NCBI GenBank assembly: GCA_027923505.1 | Contig: BROI01000020.1 | Coordinates: 124,001-188,000 of the forward strand | Reading direction: 5' to 3' | From: Mayamaea pseudoterrestris | Taxonomy: Eukaryota | DNA: 64,000 bases | Shown: positions 1 to 14,770 of the stretch, in pieces | Layout of the letters: each line of letters begins with the position of its first letter | Numbering within the stretch: the stretch's first letter is position 1 | The notes under the pieces: generated by a model | The model's database searches: none | Seen by the model: only the letters and a program-made list of their open reading frames with translations | Told to the model about the DNA's origin: nothing | Position numbers and translations under genes: made by a program

Positions 1-3000
1 GGGAGACGTGCCTGCTGCGTCGGACGAGCATGATGGTGAGAGTTTTGTTGTGGATTCCAAGGGCGAGGAAAAGTCTGCAGCACGAGGTGTAGACTTGCCA
101 CGAGAATATAACACGCCGGTGTCCAATATTAGCACCGATATTGATCCATATCGACCACTGCAGGTTGCGAGTATACTTGCTCTACTTGACACGGAGGATG
201 ACTCCAAGAGGCGCCCAGCAAACCGCAACTCATTTATAATCGAGCCCGTCTTTTTGGAGTACTTTGGTGAAGCATCCGCTGTATACGAGGAACGATTGGA
301 GATCCAAAAGGCGCGTTTGCTGGCGAGAGTTGCGTCGCCAACACAGCCGGAAGCCGCAGTCGTTGAAAATTATGTTTCGTTTCCACCTGCGCCGTCATCG
401 CCTGACATGGGGAGTGAGTCGTCGGCCGCCACACCGCCACCGTTGATCCAACGAACTGACGGAGTCTCATCGGACGAGGATGAGGAAAGCGATGATGATG
501 ACGACGACGACGACGACGACGACGATGAAGTTAACAACAATGTTCGAGCCTTGACAAGTCATGTGGCAGCCGCAGAACGACCGGTGCAGGCACTCTCTCA
601 CGTGTTTGGACAAGTGTTGCAGGCGGCAGCTGCATCGTCGGTGCTTCCTTCGAGTAGCAGTGATGATGATGATGACGATGATGATGACGAAGATGGCGAT
701 GAAGACAGTGCCGCGGGGAATTCTGACGAGTACGAGGCGCCACGATCGCGCTTGGTTATATCTGAAATGAGTTCCGATATTGGTATGTCTCGACACTCAC
801 ATTTGATTCATAATCGTGGTCCATCACTTGACGGCTCCGCGGATGAAACTGTAATGGCTGAAGAAGTTTCGCCGGATGACGATGAAGGCGCGTTTCTTAT
901 GCGGACTGTGACAATGAGCATGCGCGGCTCCTCTCTCGGGTCTACGATTAGACTAATTCCAGGTACACGGGGGCACAGCCAAGATGCTGATATTCGATTG
1001 ACTACCAGCAACTCAGAGACACCAGTGTCTGACGATGATTCTCAGGGCGACCCTTTGAAAGAAGCTGATGGATCGGTTAATATTTCAGCAGAGTTGGTGG
1101 AAGACTCACGACTGCCGCCCCTCCCGCAGTGTCCAGAGTTATATCCATACACAGACATGTGTGGCGAATTCTACGAATGCAATTATATGGCACGACACTG
1201 CGAGGATTCAGAGTATTTTGATACATCTCACTTGTTGACGTTTGGATCAATTCCATCAGCATGCGTGCTGATACATTTGCTTCGCCATGTGTCACATATT
1301 GAGGAACGACGTCGCGTTGCAGGGTTTTTATCAGAAAAATCAGAGGAATCAATTGTGGTTTCTGACGGTATTGGTTCATTATTTTTCGGTCGGGTACACT
1401 CAGACGCTCCATCGTCCGGCTCATTTCGAGACGCTCACTGGGACCAAGAGACAAAGTCGCTTCAGTTGCTAGTGACTCTTCTGCTTGTTATCTTTGATAT
1501 GAGAGATAAATCTATCGAAGAGTTTGCAAAAGCGTCGCGGCGAGTACAGCAGGCAAATGAGGGCCTTTCTCCTGCACTCGATGATGAGTTTGACGCGGAT
1601 CCGCTCCCGGCGTTAGAGGAAGAAGACGATCCTGCATTTATACTAGCCATGAACTATGTGGAAGAGGATGTATCATTGTCCTCTGAATCTCTTGACAACA
1701 AAGGCATGAGGCGAAAGGCGGCAGCTGCTGCACACGACGCTGCGTTGCTGTCAAAATCTTTACGCAAGCAAGCTGATAGCTGGGAGGCGAAAGTCAAACT
1801 GTACTCCCTCTGTACGTTTTATGCCATAAAATGCTTGAGGAATCTTTTGCAAAATTGTGTTGTCCAAAGCTTGGCGGGGGCGCCAAATGAAGCACTCATG
1901 CTTCGTGCCAAAATGGTGTTTCCATCGATTGCTGAAAAACTTTCGGGGAGCTTACTGGCCCTCTTGTCGGTCTCAAATCGACTGAAACAATTAGCATGGT
2001 TTGACGGAAATGAAGGCAAGCTCGAGGCAGTTTTTCTCTGCTATGATCTCTACCGCGAAGCTATCGTCACCTGGACTGAATGCGTTCCCTTTGTCAATGT
2101 ATCGCCCAATTCTTTAGCGGCGCTTTTGGATTCCTTAATAAATGACTTCATTGATGGCTTGCAAGAGTCTTTGCCTGGCACACAGTCGCTGGACAATATC
2201 ACCGGCTTCCCATCTTCAGGACAGGAGTCAATCTCTTACATGCTACAAATGCTAGCAAGAAGGCTAGCTGTTTATGATATTCTGGCTCAGTTTGTCGCAA
2301 AACCTATCCATGGTTTTGGACATATTCCTGAGACTAATTCTGCCCAACTTGTAGCGCACGCTCTTGAATCAGATCCATATACAACAAGCTCCATAGTCGA
2401 GAGCGTTGGCCGGGTTCTTATTTTGAATAATTCTGGCTTTAAGACTGAAGTGAAGCGATTGTACATGGCGTTGTGCCACCGATGTATTTTTAATATATTG
2501 TTGATGGACGGTTTGTGTTCTGTAACGGACACTGGCACCGAAGATAGCCTTCTAAAGAAGAATGCTGCCAGTAGGAGTTTAGCGACCGGTGATCTCGTCC
2601 GCGTCGACAAAAGCTACTCTTCTCTCCTGCAATTCGACCCAACAAAGTGTTCTGACTCCATTGCCGTGCAGCATAGATTCAGTGAAAATTCAGGGAGCGG
2701 ATCATCAGTGCTTCAGCGAGCTTCTAAAGTTTGGGGCACGGTCCTTGCTACGGAGCATTTCAATCCAAGGACGGGCGTGCATCAATGGGCTGTTCGAATA
2801 GACAAGTGTGAACGAGGACATGTATTCGTCGGTGTCGCGACAACACAGGCTAGTTTAAAAACTTACGTTGGAGGTGATAAGCATGGATGGGGCATGATTG
2901 GGACACAGGCATTGTGGCACGATCGACGGAAGATTCGTGGGGATTTCGGTGCCACATTTCGCACAGGATCAACTATTATTATGACCCTTGATACGGATGC

Positions 3001-6000
3001 CGGGACACTGAGCATAAGTTCCTGGAGGAACTGTAATGAACCAACGGTGTCTTCGGGTATCTCGCTTGAAGCTTCATCACATGCTTTAAATCCATCTAAA
3101 CACCCCCATGAAGTCGGTATTATTGAAGACTGGGGAGTTGCATTTGAAGGGCTTCCTCTGGACGCCCGCATTTATCCTGCGGTGGGCCTTTACCAGCGGG
3201 ACGATAAAGTGACGTTCCTTACCGTGGAAAATGGCCAAAAAACACAGGATCTTGACATGAGTGGCGTGCGTTATTTTCCACCATCTTCACCACCACCACA
3301 GAAGTTGACCTTGAAAATTGGAATTTCAGCAACAGCCGAACGTGTGCGTCGCTTTAACGATATATTGACTTGGGAGGGCATCCAGCTATGTGCGGGTGTC
3401 TTTAACGCTGCAACTACAGCTCTCGCAGAAGATGATGCCGATGATTTCTGGGTCAGGTCACTCATTCCCAGTCTCGCCGCCAGCTTGTGCGTTGTTCCGC
3501 GCTCCGTCCCTGTGTTGTCCACTCGATTAGCGTTCGTTTTAGTTCCGCATCTTCGTAGATGCATATTGAAGCTTCAACGCATCAACAGTCGTCATGTGGC
3601 TGCTGCGAAGTCTTTGTTTAATTTCTCAATCGGTGGGAAGTGGAAATTTAGAGCGACAGCACAAGCGTCGGCATCGAATGACTTTGAGGAGTACATTGTC
3701 GATCTTCAAGAGTCTTTAAATGAAAATGGTGACATCGTTGGTTTTTCAGGCGACGGATTGGGAACGATTGGGAAGTCTAAGAACGGTTTGGTGTCCATTA
3801 TTGGCACAATTAAAGGGACATCTATTCACTTTGTCGAAGAATGGTCGCATGAAGGCGAGGATAACCATGCGAAGTCACGCGTGCGCGAATCTTCGTCATG
3901 TATTATTGCAGCGAGAATGAGCGCTGATGGCAAGCGTTTTGAAGGCGTATATCGCAATGTCCAGTGTGGCACGGTTGGCCAAATTGTTGGGCTTTTGTTG
4001 GAGCCTCAAAGATCATTGAAATCAGATGCAACAAAGATCACTGCTTCGAAGTTATCTGAGTCGCTCCTCTTCTTAGCATCAGCTAACTTGTTGACCATAC
4101 TCGGAGAAGACGTCACTGGCGACCTTATCAAATATGAAATGTCGAGTTGCCCTTCCGATGAGCATGCATCAAAGCTGCGACAAATGTTGTCTTATTCCTT
4201 CCTTTCCTCGTGTGGACTCCGGTACTGTCAGAAAGAGATGGATAGGGAGATTGAGCAAGTTCGACTTACGTATAAACCGCTGACACCGGTGATCAACTTG
4301 CAAGAGTTACGGTGGGATAGCATTATAGAAGTCCTCGACGATATTGCATTACATGACAGCAATTTTGCGGCTGCCGACGCTCTTACTTTAGTCGATAAGC
4401 TTGACCCTTCTTTGGTCGATGAGTGTGGAGGTTCAGGGTCGCTCGGCTGCCTTTGTCCTGCTGAATACTCCAGAGCCAGGCGCCACATTATCGCCGTGAT
4501 TGCACACGTCTCTGGCAGCTTGTCAACGATAGATTCCGTCCAGGGTCTTACGGATACGCTTGCGAGGGAACTTTGGAGAGGCGGTTTAAGCGTACTGGAG
4601 GATGGAATACGGGGACGTATATCGAGCTCTGTGAACAAGCGAGCAGCGTGCTCAAATGCATGCCGACTGTACGTTCACATATCTGAGTTTCTTTTGTCGT
4701 TGCAGTTGCTACCTTGGCATGAAAGCTCGATGAGTTGTTCACAGGCTATTTGCAACGTAGCGTGCATATACCGTATGATAGGGGGTGTGGACGACTTATG
4801 CTTCTTAAGACGGGAGATGGCGGGAGCTACAAGGCGAGCTCTGATGCGCCTCCTTGCCATTCGATGGACGGCGAAATTGATGTCCCTATCGAGAGCTAGT
4901 GAGGATGCGTTGCCGTTTGAATTTCTTTGTTCTGGCGTCCCGCGCTTGTTGGGCTGTGGGCAGATGAGGCAAACAATTATTTCTCCGGCTGTTGAGCCTT
5001 TCCTTACGACTAGCAATGGATTTCGTGACATGGATGGTTACTATTTATCTGGATTCGCCGGCTCAGATTGCAACGTTCGAAATAGCCTTCGGCAGGATGT
5101 GCATGGACTTTTTAAAATGCTGACGGCAGTTCTGGCTACGCAGATAATTCGGAGGTGCGATATCAATCTCTCCTCGGAACATGCGATGATCGACTCCATG
5201 ATTTTGTCGACTTTAGCTGTTTTTTCATCGACTTTGGAGAAAGAGGATATAACATTTCTGGTGTCGAGCTCAGGTTTACTGTCAAGCCTGAGCAGTGTCC
5301 TTGCCTTGCACCGTGTATCGGCCTTTTCGACAAACATGGACAAATTCAATGGCGGTGCTCACACTGTGGTAATTCTCGAGCGTCTGTGTCAGCGTGATGT
5401 GTCGCGGTCGGTGTTACGATGTGCAGCTGCAGTACTTCATGTGCTTGCGTATCAAGCAATTCCCAATGGTATCGTCCAAGAGCAAGATGTTTCGAACATT
5501 GCAGCTTGTCTGAAAGTTTCTCTGCAAGAGTTTGAATCTATTTTTCCAATTCTCGAACAAGAGTCTTATGGTCATATGACAAATATCGACACGACAGGTT
5601 TGGAAGAGAACCTTGGCATGTGGATTTCAGTTCGTACCTCAGAGGTTGCTGTGACCCGGCTTGTGGAGGCGCACCTCCTACCTTTGAGTATCACCTATCT
5701 AATGCAAAATGGGACAATGCTAAGTTCAATCGCTGGAAAGAGGTTGCCCAAGGCCTCGACACGTTCCTCAAAGGTGACGCTCGACGGTTTGCCACAATCG
5801 AGCATTATTCCCACCGGCAGCTTCGGTCAATCTTACGGGACGTTTTTGCTGCACCTAGTATGCAACATCGTAAATTACGACACCTCGCGGGATGTTTTTG
5901 CCTCTGATCCTTTGTGGCTCAGCATTTTGCTGTTTGTTAGTGGATTAAAACTTGACGTAGGCAAGGATGGAAAGATTTTGGCAGCATCGCTGCGACAGTA

Positions 6001-9000
6001 TACGAATGGGTTCTCATCGATTCGCGCTGGAATGAGGTCTAGGATTCTTCGCGTTGCGGGATCAATCGCTGTGCGCATGTCTCCTAGTCAAGAGCTTGTC
6101 GAAGGCCTACTAGCCTTGTCCGGCTCGGCATCTTACGCTGTCACGAAAAGCTGTGATAGAAATGAAGCATTTGTTTCTCGTGAGGCTATCTCCTTACTCA
6201 GGACACTTCACAATCCGGCCAACTCAGAGTGGAGAGTCTGTGTAAACCGCTCCATTGGTGCAAGCGCTGCTAGCGCACATGATGATAGCACCTGGTTTTG
6301 GAAGCAGTTAGGTGTGCTCACGTTTTTCTCTGGCGACTTACTTCCCGTCTCAAAAGGCTCCTACGTCCTACTGAAACCTTCGTCACCCTTTGCCGAGTCA
6401 CAAGAATACCAAACTAGCCCCAGTAGTAAAGCTCGCTCTGGTTCTTCTCCCGGGACCCCGTATATTGCCCGAGGCCCTATGGTTCATCACGTCGCCGGGA
6501 ATGGAACCGAGACTGTCCTTGCAGGACTTAATCGACAAGATGCATTAGCTGGAATCATCAGTAGTTTCGATACTAAGAATGGATCTTGTGAAGTCATACT
6601 CGTTTCACGCGAGAGTGACAAAAATCTGAAGCATTTGCCAACGAAGCTTGGCGTTTTGCAGAAAAGCCGTCACTATACAATTCGAGCAATACGAAGTCCC
6701 TTACCAGATCTGGTTCTTGCGCAAGAGATGCAGTTGTGCCTTGGCGACGATGTCCCTATTGACGATATTGTTCAGAAGATGCTTGATACGTCTGTCCAGT
6801 CGTTACTCTCGACCATGTCAACGTCCATGGACCTGAACATGGATCCTGTTACAACCACCGTCAGAGAGAAGCACCCTGCTACAAGTGGACCGAGGTCTGG
6901 CATTCTCAGTCTGACATTCGATCTTCATGTGTTAAGGTCATGCATCGTAATACTCTCGAACCAGCATCTGTTGTCAGCATTCCTACACTCTGACAAGTCT
7001 TCGACATTATGGAATGTGTTAAGATTGACTTCACCAGAAATCGACGATTCTTCGATATGCTTTAGCGCTTCGATAAAGGACTTTTCTGAATTAGGTTTTG
7101 AAATGCTACCTAGATTGGAAGCCAGATTTTGCCACATTGTCAAAATGATGCGAAGAGTCTCTGTTCAATTAGACCTTCTTCGTCGAACACCTCGAAGCGA
7201 GGTGAAGCGGCTATTTGAGTCAAATTTGCAGGCAAGGAAAATATCACAAAAGGTTTCAATAGATATAGCTATCACAGGCAGTGAGAGTGGTCAACAGGGT
7301 GAAAAGGCTCAGTCTAGAGCAGAAGACATTGTATCGAGCAGCCTATCAGGTGGCGGAGCTGCTGCCACCAACGCCGCTGCAGCAGCTCACTTATTCGAAG
7401 TTGCACTGGCTCAGATGGCCGAGCTTGGTTTACCTCGTTCATGGTCTGAACTGGCGTTGCGTCGGACAGGCGGGGCGAATATCGAGGCTGCGGTATCATT
7501 CTGTCTCGAGAGGGGCGGAGAAATGGAACTTCTTCTCGCCGAGGAACAGGAAAGGGTCCAGGGGACTGTTGACTCTGGTGTAAGAGCAAGGGCAGCTCGG
7601 AGTGCGGCATCTAACCATTTTTTAAACCAGCTTCTTGAAATGGGGTTTCCTCAACGCTGGTGCGCCGAAGCCCTTGCCGTGACAGGAAACAATGTCGACG
7701 AAGCTTTGACTTGGATTCTTATGAATGGAGAAAGATTAAGCGAAGAAGACGAAGGAATGGAAGACGAAGCAGATGACGACGAACTTGAAATAAATGATGG
7801 CTGCGAAATTGTTGAAGACGATGACGACGATGAGGATGATGACGATGATGACAACGACAATGATATCCTTGTAAGCAACAGAAGTGCGATCAAATCACCC
7901 GGTACGGCGGTTACAACAGGATGGACCAGCTGTATCACGCCTGTCCGCTCCATTTCGGGCCGAGCAAACATTAATGCGACAACTCTGGAGGTCTCTGGTC
8001 TTCCAACTGGTGGATTCTCGTCTGTCGGCACCAAAGGGGCTCTCTTGACGTCTGGTCGATGGTATTACGAAGCAGTTTTAGAGACTGCCGGATGTTTGCA
8101 AATAGGATGGGCCGACGCAAGCTTTGCCAGCCACTGTAGCTCTGACAGAGGTGATGGATGTGGCGATGGTCCAAGTTCTTGGGCATATGATGGCTGGCGA
8201 CGGTATAGATGGCATTCATCGGCAACTGAATGGGGCTGCAGATGGAAGGAAGGCGATACGGTAGGCTGCATGGTTGACCTCGACGAACATGTCATCTCTT
8301 TTACATTGAATGGAGAGGGAGAAAGCATTGGAATGGGCAAAGCATTTTTTGGCGAAGGGTTTCGACCGGTTGGTGGAGTTTACGCATGCGTTTCCTTTAA
8401 TCGCAAGGAAAGGCTTCGTTTGATTCTAGGCGGCCAAGGAAATGCTGATCTGAGATACAAGCCACCAGGATATCGTGGAGTTGGTGAAGCTGTCTTGGAT
8501 GCAGTTGCCGAGCTTGAATCGGTTGTGGAGCATGAGCTTGTGCCATCATTGTCAACAAAAGCAAACTCGGAAAAAAGGTTCCTATGCGAGTATTCCGATG
8601 GGGATCATGGCCACGAACTAATGGCATGGTCGCACCGCTATTTTGGTGCTGATGCGTCAGTTCATTTAGGCCCAGGACGTAAAACGAAGCCTTTTGAGCA
8701 AGTTAACGCCAAATCTGCAGCGATTGGCGAGCTTTCATCCGCTTCGTTGTGCTTATCAGGTCGAGTTAAAAAGGCTCTATCGAGCGAACCTCCACTAGAC
8801 GTGAGCTTAAACGATGATATGTCTGCCATCATTGTATCTGACTTAACTTCTTCCTATCACACTGTGATTGAGAGATTGACACTCGAGGCATTTAAAGATT
8901 CAATTTTGATGGCGGTCTTGCTTGCTCGAAAATTGATTTTACATCTAATTATTACAAGGGGCAATGATTTTGACCCTTGTATCTTTGTCCGCGATCAAGT

Positions 9001-12000
9001 GAGTGAGTCGAGTGCCATGGTCATGCTTTGGAAAGTGCTCGAATCTTGCGCCAGTCTTCGAAGCGTTGGGTGGATTGGGGAAGCTGGTGCAATGGCCCTT
9101 GCTGCTGAAGCCCTCGGACTTGGCATTGTCACTCCGCAAGCTGAAGTGCTGCCAGACAAACGCGGTTTCTTTTCAGCCGAGGATCTAGACGAGGGCCTTC
9201 TTCTGACGAGCATCGGGGCATCGCAGCTTCTTACAAGCGTGTATTATTCGAAACATCTTGCCAGTTCTTGTGGCCAACCTTCAGCGCCAGCCGAGGCTAC
9301 CATGGGAGGCGAAAGTGGAGCTGCTGTTCTTCCCTTTTTAAGGGACGGACTCCAGAGCGCATTAAGCAAATCCAATGCATTTCGCAATGTCATTATTTGT
9401 GCTGTACAGCAGTCTATCCGTCTCTTATCAGTTGTCGAATATGAGAGTGAGCTACAGAGCTCAGTTGAGGTGAGTTAAACATTATAATTGCTCTACGTCA
9501 GTGCTAAAAAAACTTACGATTGTTTTATTTCACAGAACAACAGCGACTCTAGTGATTCAATATCCAATGTTACGGCTCAGTCTGCGGGCGCGAAACAGAT
9601 TGCCAATGAAGCCCTATGTGTAGAAACCACTCCTGATGCCCGTCTAGTATCCTTTCTTACCGGTGCTTTGTTAAGTGCACCAGTTGAACCACTAAGTCTG
9701 TTGGTCATACAAGGCAAGCTTGCAAGCGCATGGAGTATAGGATTGCTGTCTGCTTCGATGCCTTGGCGAATGATATCTGCATTTACCGTAGCTGGGATAT
9801 TGAATAAATATCCTCCTGCGCTTTCTAGCATGCTCTCGTTCTCGCCAACGATCGCGTGCTTTTTCGGAAGGCTTCCAAGCACTGTTGTCCGGCGTCTTTG
9901 GGCTGAACGAGCTGCGACACCAATCAGTTCGAGATATCTTCAAGCGATGGTTGAGCTTTTGACAAGCGTGAAGCGGGCGATTCCTTTCGTTCAAGGACTT
10001 CCAGACACCTTTATCCAGAATTGGCGTACAACCGAGGTTGATGCAGCAAGCCCCCGACCTTTTGTGGGAGTGTTCAACCAAGAGCAGCGACTAGACATAC
10101 CACAAGCAATTCCGTGTTCATGGGAGTCGTCTGAAGGATTTGCTTCTTGCGATCATGCCTGGGAAGTTTGGACTGGCAGGGTGAAATACATGGCTGTCGA
10201 TTGGAAGGCGCCTTTCAAGTCTGCGGTTCGAACTCTGATGGACGCTGGTGACGGACCTCCGAGACTTGAACCGGGTTGCTACGTCATGAGAGGCCCTGAC
10301 TGGTCGACAGATGGTAAGGAGCGATTTGAAGATGGAAAGGCAAGCTACGACGCAGAGAAAAACAGAAGAGACTCTGAAAAAAGGGCACTCGAGGACATAG
10401 ACAAAGACGGAAAGGAAGAAGGAGTGGAAGGTTGCGAAGCCGTGAAGGAAGTCGATGAAAAGTTGCCTAATCCGGCAGAGGATGTCGATCTAGATGATCC
10501 TGGTAAAATTCTGACAGAATGGTCAAATATTTCAGCAGCTGCAAGTGCTAGTCATCAAAAACCACCCGTTTCTGCCCAGAAGGAACCAAAATTGCCGAAC
10601 CCGAAACTGCCCATCGGAACCGTATTATCTGTCGAGCCGTGGAATGGGGTTAATGCCATGGGTCGCCGAGTAAGGTGGCACCTTACAGGCGCAGAGGAGA
10701 TATATCGTTTTGGTGGGGATGGTGGTCGCTATGACATATGCCACGTCGAGGTAAACGAAAAGCAAACCCGTGTGAAACGAAAACACCCGTTGCCGGAAAG
10801 TGCCGAGCAATGCGCAGCACGTCACGGATTCGGTAGACAACATGTCTTTAGCGTTTTGTTACGACTCCGACGAGATGGGGTTCAAGGTACTTACAACGGC
10901 TGGCAGGGAACTCGGTGCCAAGGGATACTTGAATGGCCGGATTTTGGAGCGGGTGTACGTGTAACCTGCATACGTTACTTTGATGGCAGAGTGCTACTTG
11001 AAGAACATGACCTTCTGTTCGGAGCCAAAGATCACGGCTGGGAAGCGAGATTTGGGCAACCGTCGTTCGTTTCCGGGACAACTATCTTGCTTTCGCCAGC
11101 CGCGACTGTTTCAACTCCTACGAAGGAAGCCGAGCTTATCCTTCGCTCGTCTTGGCGATCAGAATACGAGGAGCTAAAAGGAACATCGTCCTATTTGGTA
11201 CAGCGATTGCGAAATAGCGCTGACGGGAAAGAACTCAAAGTAAAATATGATATGTGTCTTCTGCGTGCTCGATGCCGTGACCCCGATGACGCGAATCAAT
11301 GTGGCCCAGTTCCTCTCCCGCCGATTACATTTGACAGTAAATATCACGCTGCATCAATAACCTTGTCGAAAGACGGACGAACTGCTTCGTGTGTTCGAAC
11401 GCAGGATGTGGTTTCTGAAGGTCGTGGAACTGCATTTGCGTCGATTGGTTTTACTAAGGGAGTTCATTACTGGGAGGTGAAGCTCGACCAGGCTGGCATC
11501 GGCAGCATCTTCATTGGAGTGGCTGAAAAGCCACATGGCTCGGGGTCAGGTGCGACTTACGGGGTTGATAGTCCACCGAAGCTTAATAGATGGCTCGGTT
11601 GGGGATTTGTCAATTTCCGCGCCACGTACGCTTCTGGCGCAGAGAGAGTTTACGGAGCCCATTGCCATGCTGGGGACACCATTGGCGTGCTTTTAAATTG
11701 CGATACAGGCCGTGTTGCATTCTTCTTTGATGGCTTAAAATATGGAGAGCACATTCTAAATGATTTGGGCTGTGCGTTTGAAAACCTTTCACCGTTTGGC
11801 TTTAATGTCAATGGTTGTGGAAGTGGAGGTCCGGGGCAAGGTACACCTAGTGGTTTTGAGAACGCAAAGTCAGGTAAGTATCCCGCTCAGGGTGCTGTTC
11901 GCCCTCGGACACTGTGGCCAGTCGTTGGCTTGCGAACACATGGCGACCGCGTGACTCTCTCGTACAAGTGGAGCTCGACCTACGGAATCGACGGCGCAGT

Positions 12001-14722
12001 ATGTCTACGGAACATTCTGGCTTTTGATGAAATTATACACAATTATACAAATGGCAGTGTTTCCTTACTATCCGAAGATGATCATACTTGGTTCATCTGC
12101 GAGGCTTTCGAGGAGTACCGACGTTGGCATGACGGTCGCTGGTTGCGATGTACTACTAGGGGAAGTGGCCCAAGCAAGCATCCGAACAAAGGCCTTGTGG
12201 TGGATTTTGACACTTCCCCTAAAGTATGTGCGGCTGCTTCAGCTTCTCTTGGTCTTCCTTACGCTCTCCTTTCTGGCGACAGGGTACGCCTGACACGTAG
12301 CGCAGGAAGGATTCTTGAGCTGGCTGAGGAAGCACTTGTTCTTGGAGCATTTCAAGGGCGATTGTACTATCGCATCATTTCCCAGAAAAGTGAAGGAGGG
12401 AGCCTCAATGAAGGTGGTGGCCGTGCCTGGTGCTGGGATGAAAGTGAAGTTGTCGATGGTCTGCCTTTTGTGCGTGCCGGAAAGGGTAGGGACATAGTCT
12501 TACCAAAGCTTGACCGCTTCAAATGTCTCTCTTCAGGCGGATTGCGTATTGTTTACGAGAACGGAGCTGTGTTGCGATCAGACCTGGAAATTCTTGACGG
12601 TTCGTCCACACTTGGTACGATTCCGGTTGGCACAGTCATTCCCAAAAGACATGTAATTGAGCGACGAATAAACTCTCTTGGCGTTGTTCGATATCGAGTC
12701 ATGTATGAAGCGCTGGGCGAAGGTTGGATAAGCGCTCAAATTAGAGGATTAAAAGAAGAGATGATAGTCGAGAGTGTGGATGACAAGGAGAATGATTGTT
12801 TACCGCTTGAGCCAAGTTATCCAACTCCGTTTGATTGTGCGAAAGCGTGGTACGAGGAGTGGTCAAAAGATGGTAGCAACGCTTGCACGGACTTGACAAT
12901 GTTGCAAATTGAAAATATGGAGGTCTTCAAGTCACTGTTGATCGAATCTGTGCTCCCAGGGGTTTCCGTTACTGACTCTGATTCAATTGTTGCGAAGGCT
13001 GTCAGCACCATCAGCAATTCTACTGACGACGGCAACGATGTAGAGTGCCGCTTTCGAGACATAGCGTCAGCTCTTTCGTTTGTACTAAAATCCCAAGGAA
13101 GTCAGGACGAGACGATAATTGGAGGCAGCTCATCGGCTGCTAACCAAGCGACTGCTGAGGTGTTTAGCCACATAAAGTCACCGTTGCCGTCGCTCCGAGC
13201 ATTGCTCGCCAAGGTTGCTTTTCTAAAAGCCTTAAATCGCCGCGCGCAATACGCGTTACCTTGGGTTTCTTTGCGTCCTTGCCAAGAAGGGTCAGGACTT
13301 TTTGGAGGTTTGTATGGATATGGCACATCTACTGACAGAGCTGGAAGAACACGAACCACTGCTTCCAAACAATGGGTCTCTGTGCCGTCTATCGCAACTA
13401 CAATTCGATCGACGCGAGGGCTATTATTTACTACCGTAAAACGCGAATTTTTGGAAAGTATTACAGAAAGCACAATGTCTCCGACGCCCCTCAGCCACGA
13501 TGAATACGAGCTTCCGCGTGAGATTCGCACAGTTCGCGTCAATCGTTTGAAAGCTACCCGAGCCATGCTATCGGGAGACTCGGCCACAAAACGCAAACAC
13601 AGTGTTTTTGCTCAATTGCAAAGTGAAACCAAATCGTGGGGCCCAGCGACGCTCCGAAGGGGGTACGTGGCCAAGGGTCACGGTGGACAAAAACGGGCTT
13701 TTAAAGTCAAACTGATAGGCGAGGGCGTCAACGATTATAGCGGACCATATCGTGAAATATTTACGGATGCTGTCCGCGAATTGACTGTTGTTGACAAGAA
13801 TGGAAATGGTGCGCTTGGAGTTTTAGATCCGACACCTAATAATTCGAGCGGAATTGGCGAAGGCAGGGACTTGTTCATGTTTGCGCTGAATGGTCGCAAT
13901 AGTTTAAAGTCTCCGTTGCTACCCAGTCGTGCCATTATTTCAGAGTCGGAGGCACGCATTCGGAGTCATTTCGCCTCGCTCATGGGTCCTCGCGACGAAC
14001 CGACGCGAGAAATTGAGGAAGCCTTGGTGTTTTTGGGTCGACTTACAGGCACAGCGTATCGTCATGGCATCCCAGTTGATTTGCCGTTGCCTTTGGAGCT
14101 GGTGTGGAAGTCACTGACGGAAGAGAATGTTTCGCAAGAGTCGCAGCTGCAAGAGATTGACCTTTTGGCTCATCGCCAAGGTGGTGATCAAGCAATGTCC
14201 TTGTTGACGTGGCAACAGCGCATGTTGAACTCCTTTGTAGAAGGCTTGGGTAGTGTCATTCCCGTGGAGATTTTTCCACTCTTTACTGGCGAAGAACTAC
14301 GCGACACCATCTGCGGCAATCCAGAAATAGATGTTGAATTGCTGCAGCAAGTGGTGGAGTATGAAGGATTTGACGAGTCGGATGCGACGGTGCAGTACTT
14401 TTGGGAAACGCTTCGCGAGTTTACAAACGAGGATCGGAAACGGTTTCTGCAATTTGTGTGGGCTCGAAACCGACTTCCCATGCGAGCATCAGATTTTGAC
14501 GCTCCGTTCAACTTGCAAAAGGACGCGAGTTATACAGGCGATCGAGCCGATCAGGCGCTGCCGAGCGCTTCCACCTGCTTTTTCTCTCTCACTCTGCCCG
14601 CGTATAGCAGTCGAGAGATTTTGAAGGAGAAGCTGCTGTTTGCGATTCATAATGTGACAACCATGGACACGGACTATCAAACCAACAGCGCCGAAATTGC
14701 CGAAGGCTATCGAGCTCTGTAA
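1..14722 (+). CDS. Giant HECT-type E3 ubiquitin ligase (3x SPRY, 2x UBA, MIB/HERC2-like, HECT); 5' end lies outside the window; intron 9470-9535
   Basis: ORFs 8..9478 and 9488..14722 are in the same frame and are joined by a 66-nt GTGAGT...CACAG intron that contains the stop. The C-terminal HECT motifs are FKVKLIGEGVNDYSGPYRE, FLQFVWARNRLP and the catalytic LPSASTCFFSLTLPAYSS. SPRY signatures: GVHQWAVRID, GRWYYEAVL..LQIGWA, GVHYWEVKL. UBA signatures: LAQMAELGLPRSWSELAL, LLEMGFPQRWCAEAL. MIB/HERC2-like: VMRGPDW...YRFGGDGGRYD. Confidence 0.93.
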
Positions 14723-14752
14723 AAGGTGACTTGATAATCGCATGCAACAGAT

Positions 14753-14770
14753 ATACATACATACATACAT
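14753..14770. repeat. (ATAC)n microsatellite in the 3' flank of the HECT gene
   Basis: atacatacatacatacat read directly in the sequence. Confidence 0.7.

Noticed and set aside
470..700. GAT/GAC-rich runs as independent microsatellites
   Set aside because: They are in-frame poly-Asp tracts of the HECT protein.
9479..9535. Separate gene start at 9488, or stop-codon readthrough
   Set aside because: A canonical 66-nt GT-AG intron joins the two ORFs in frame.
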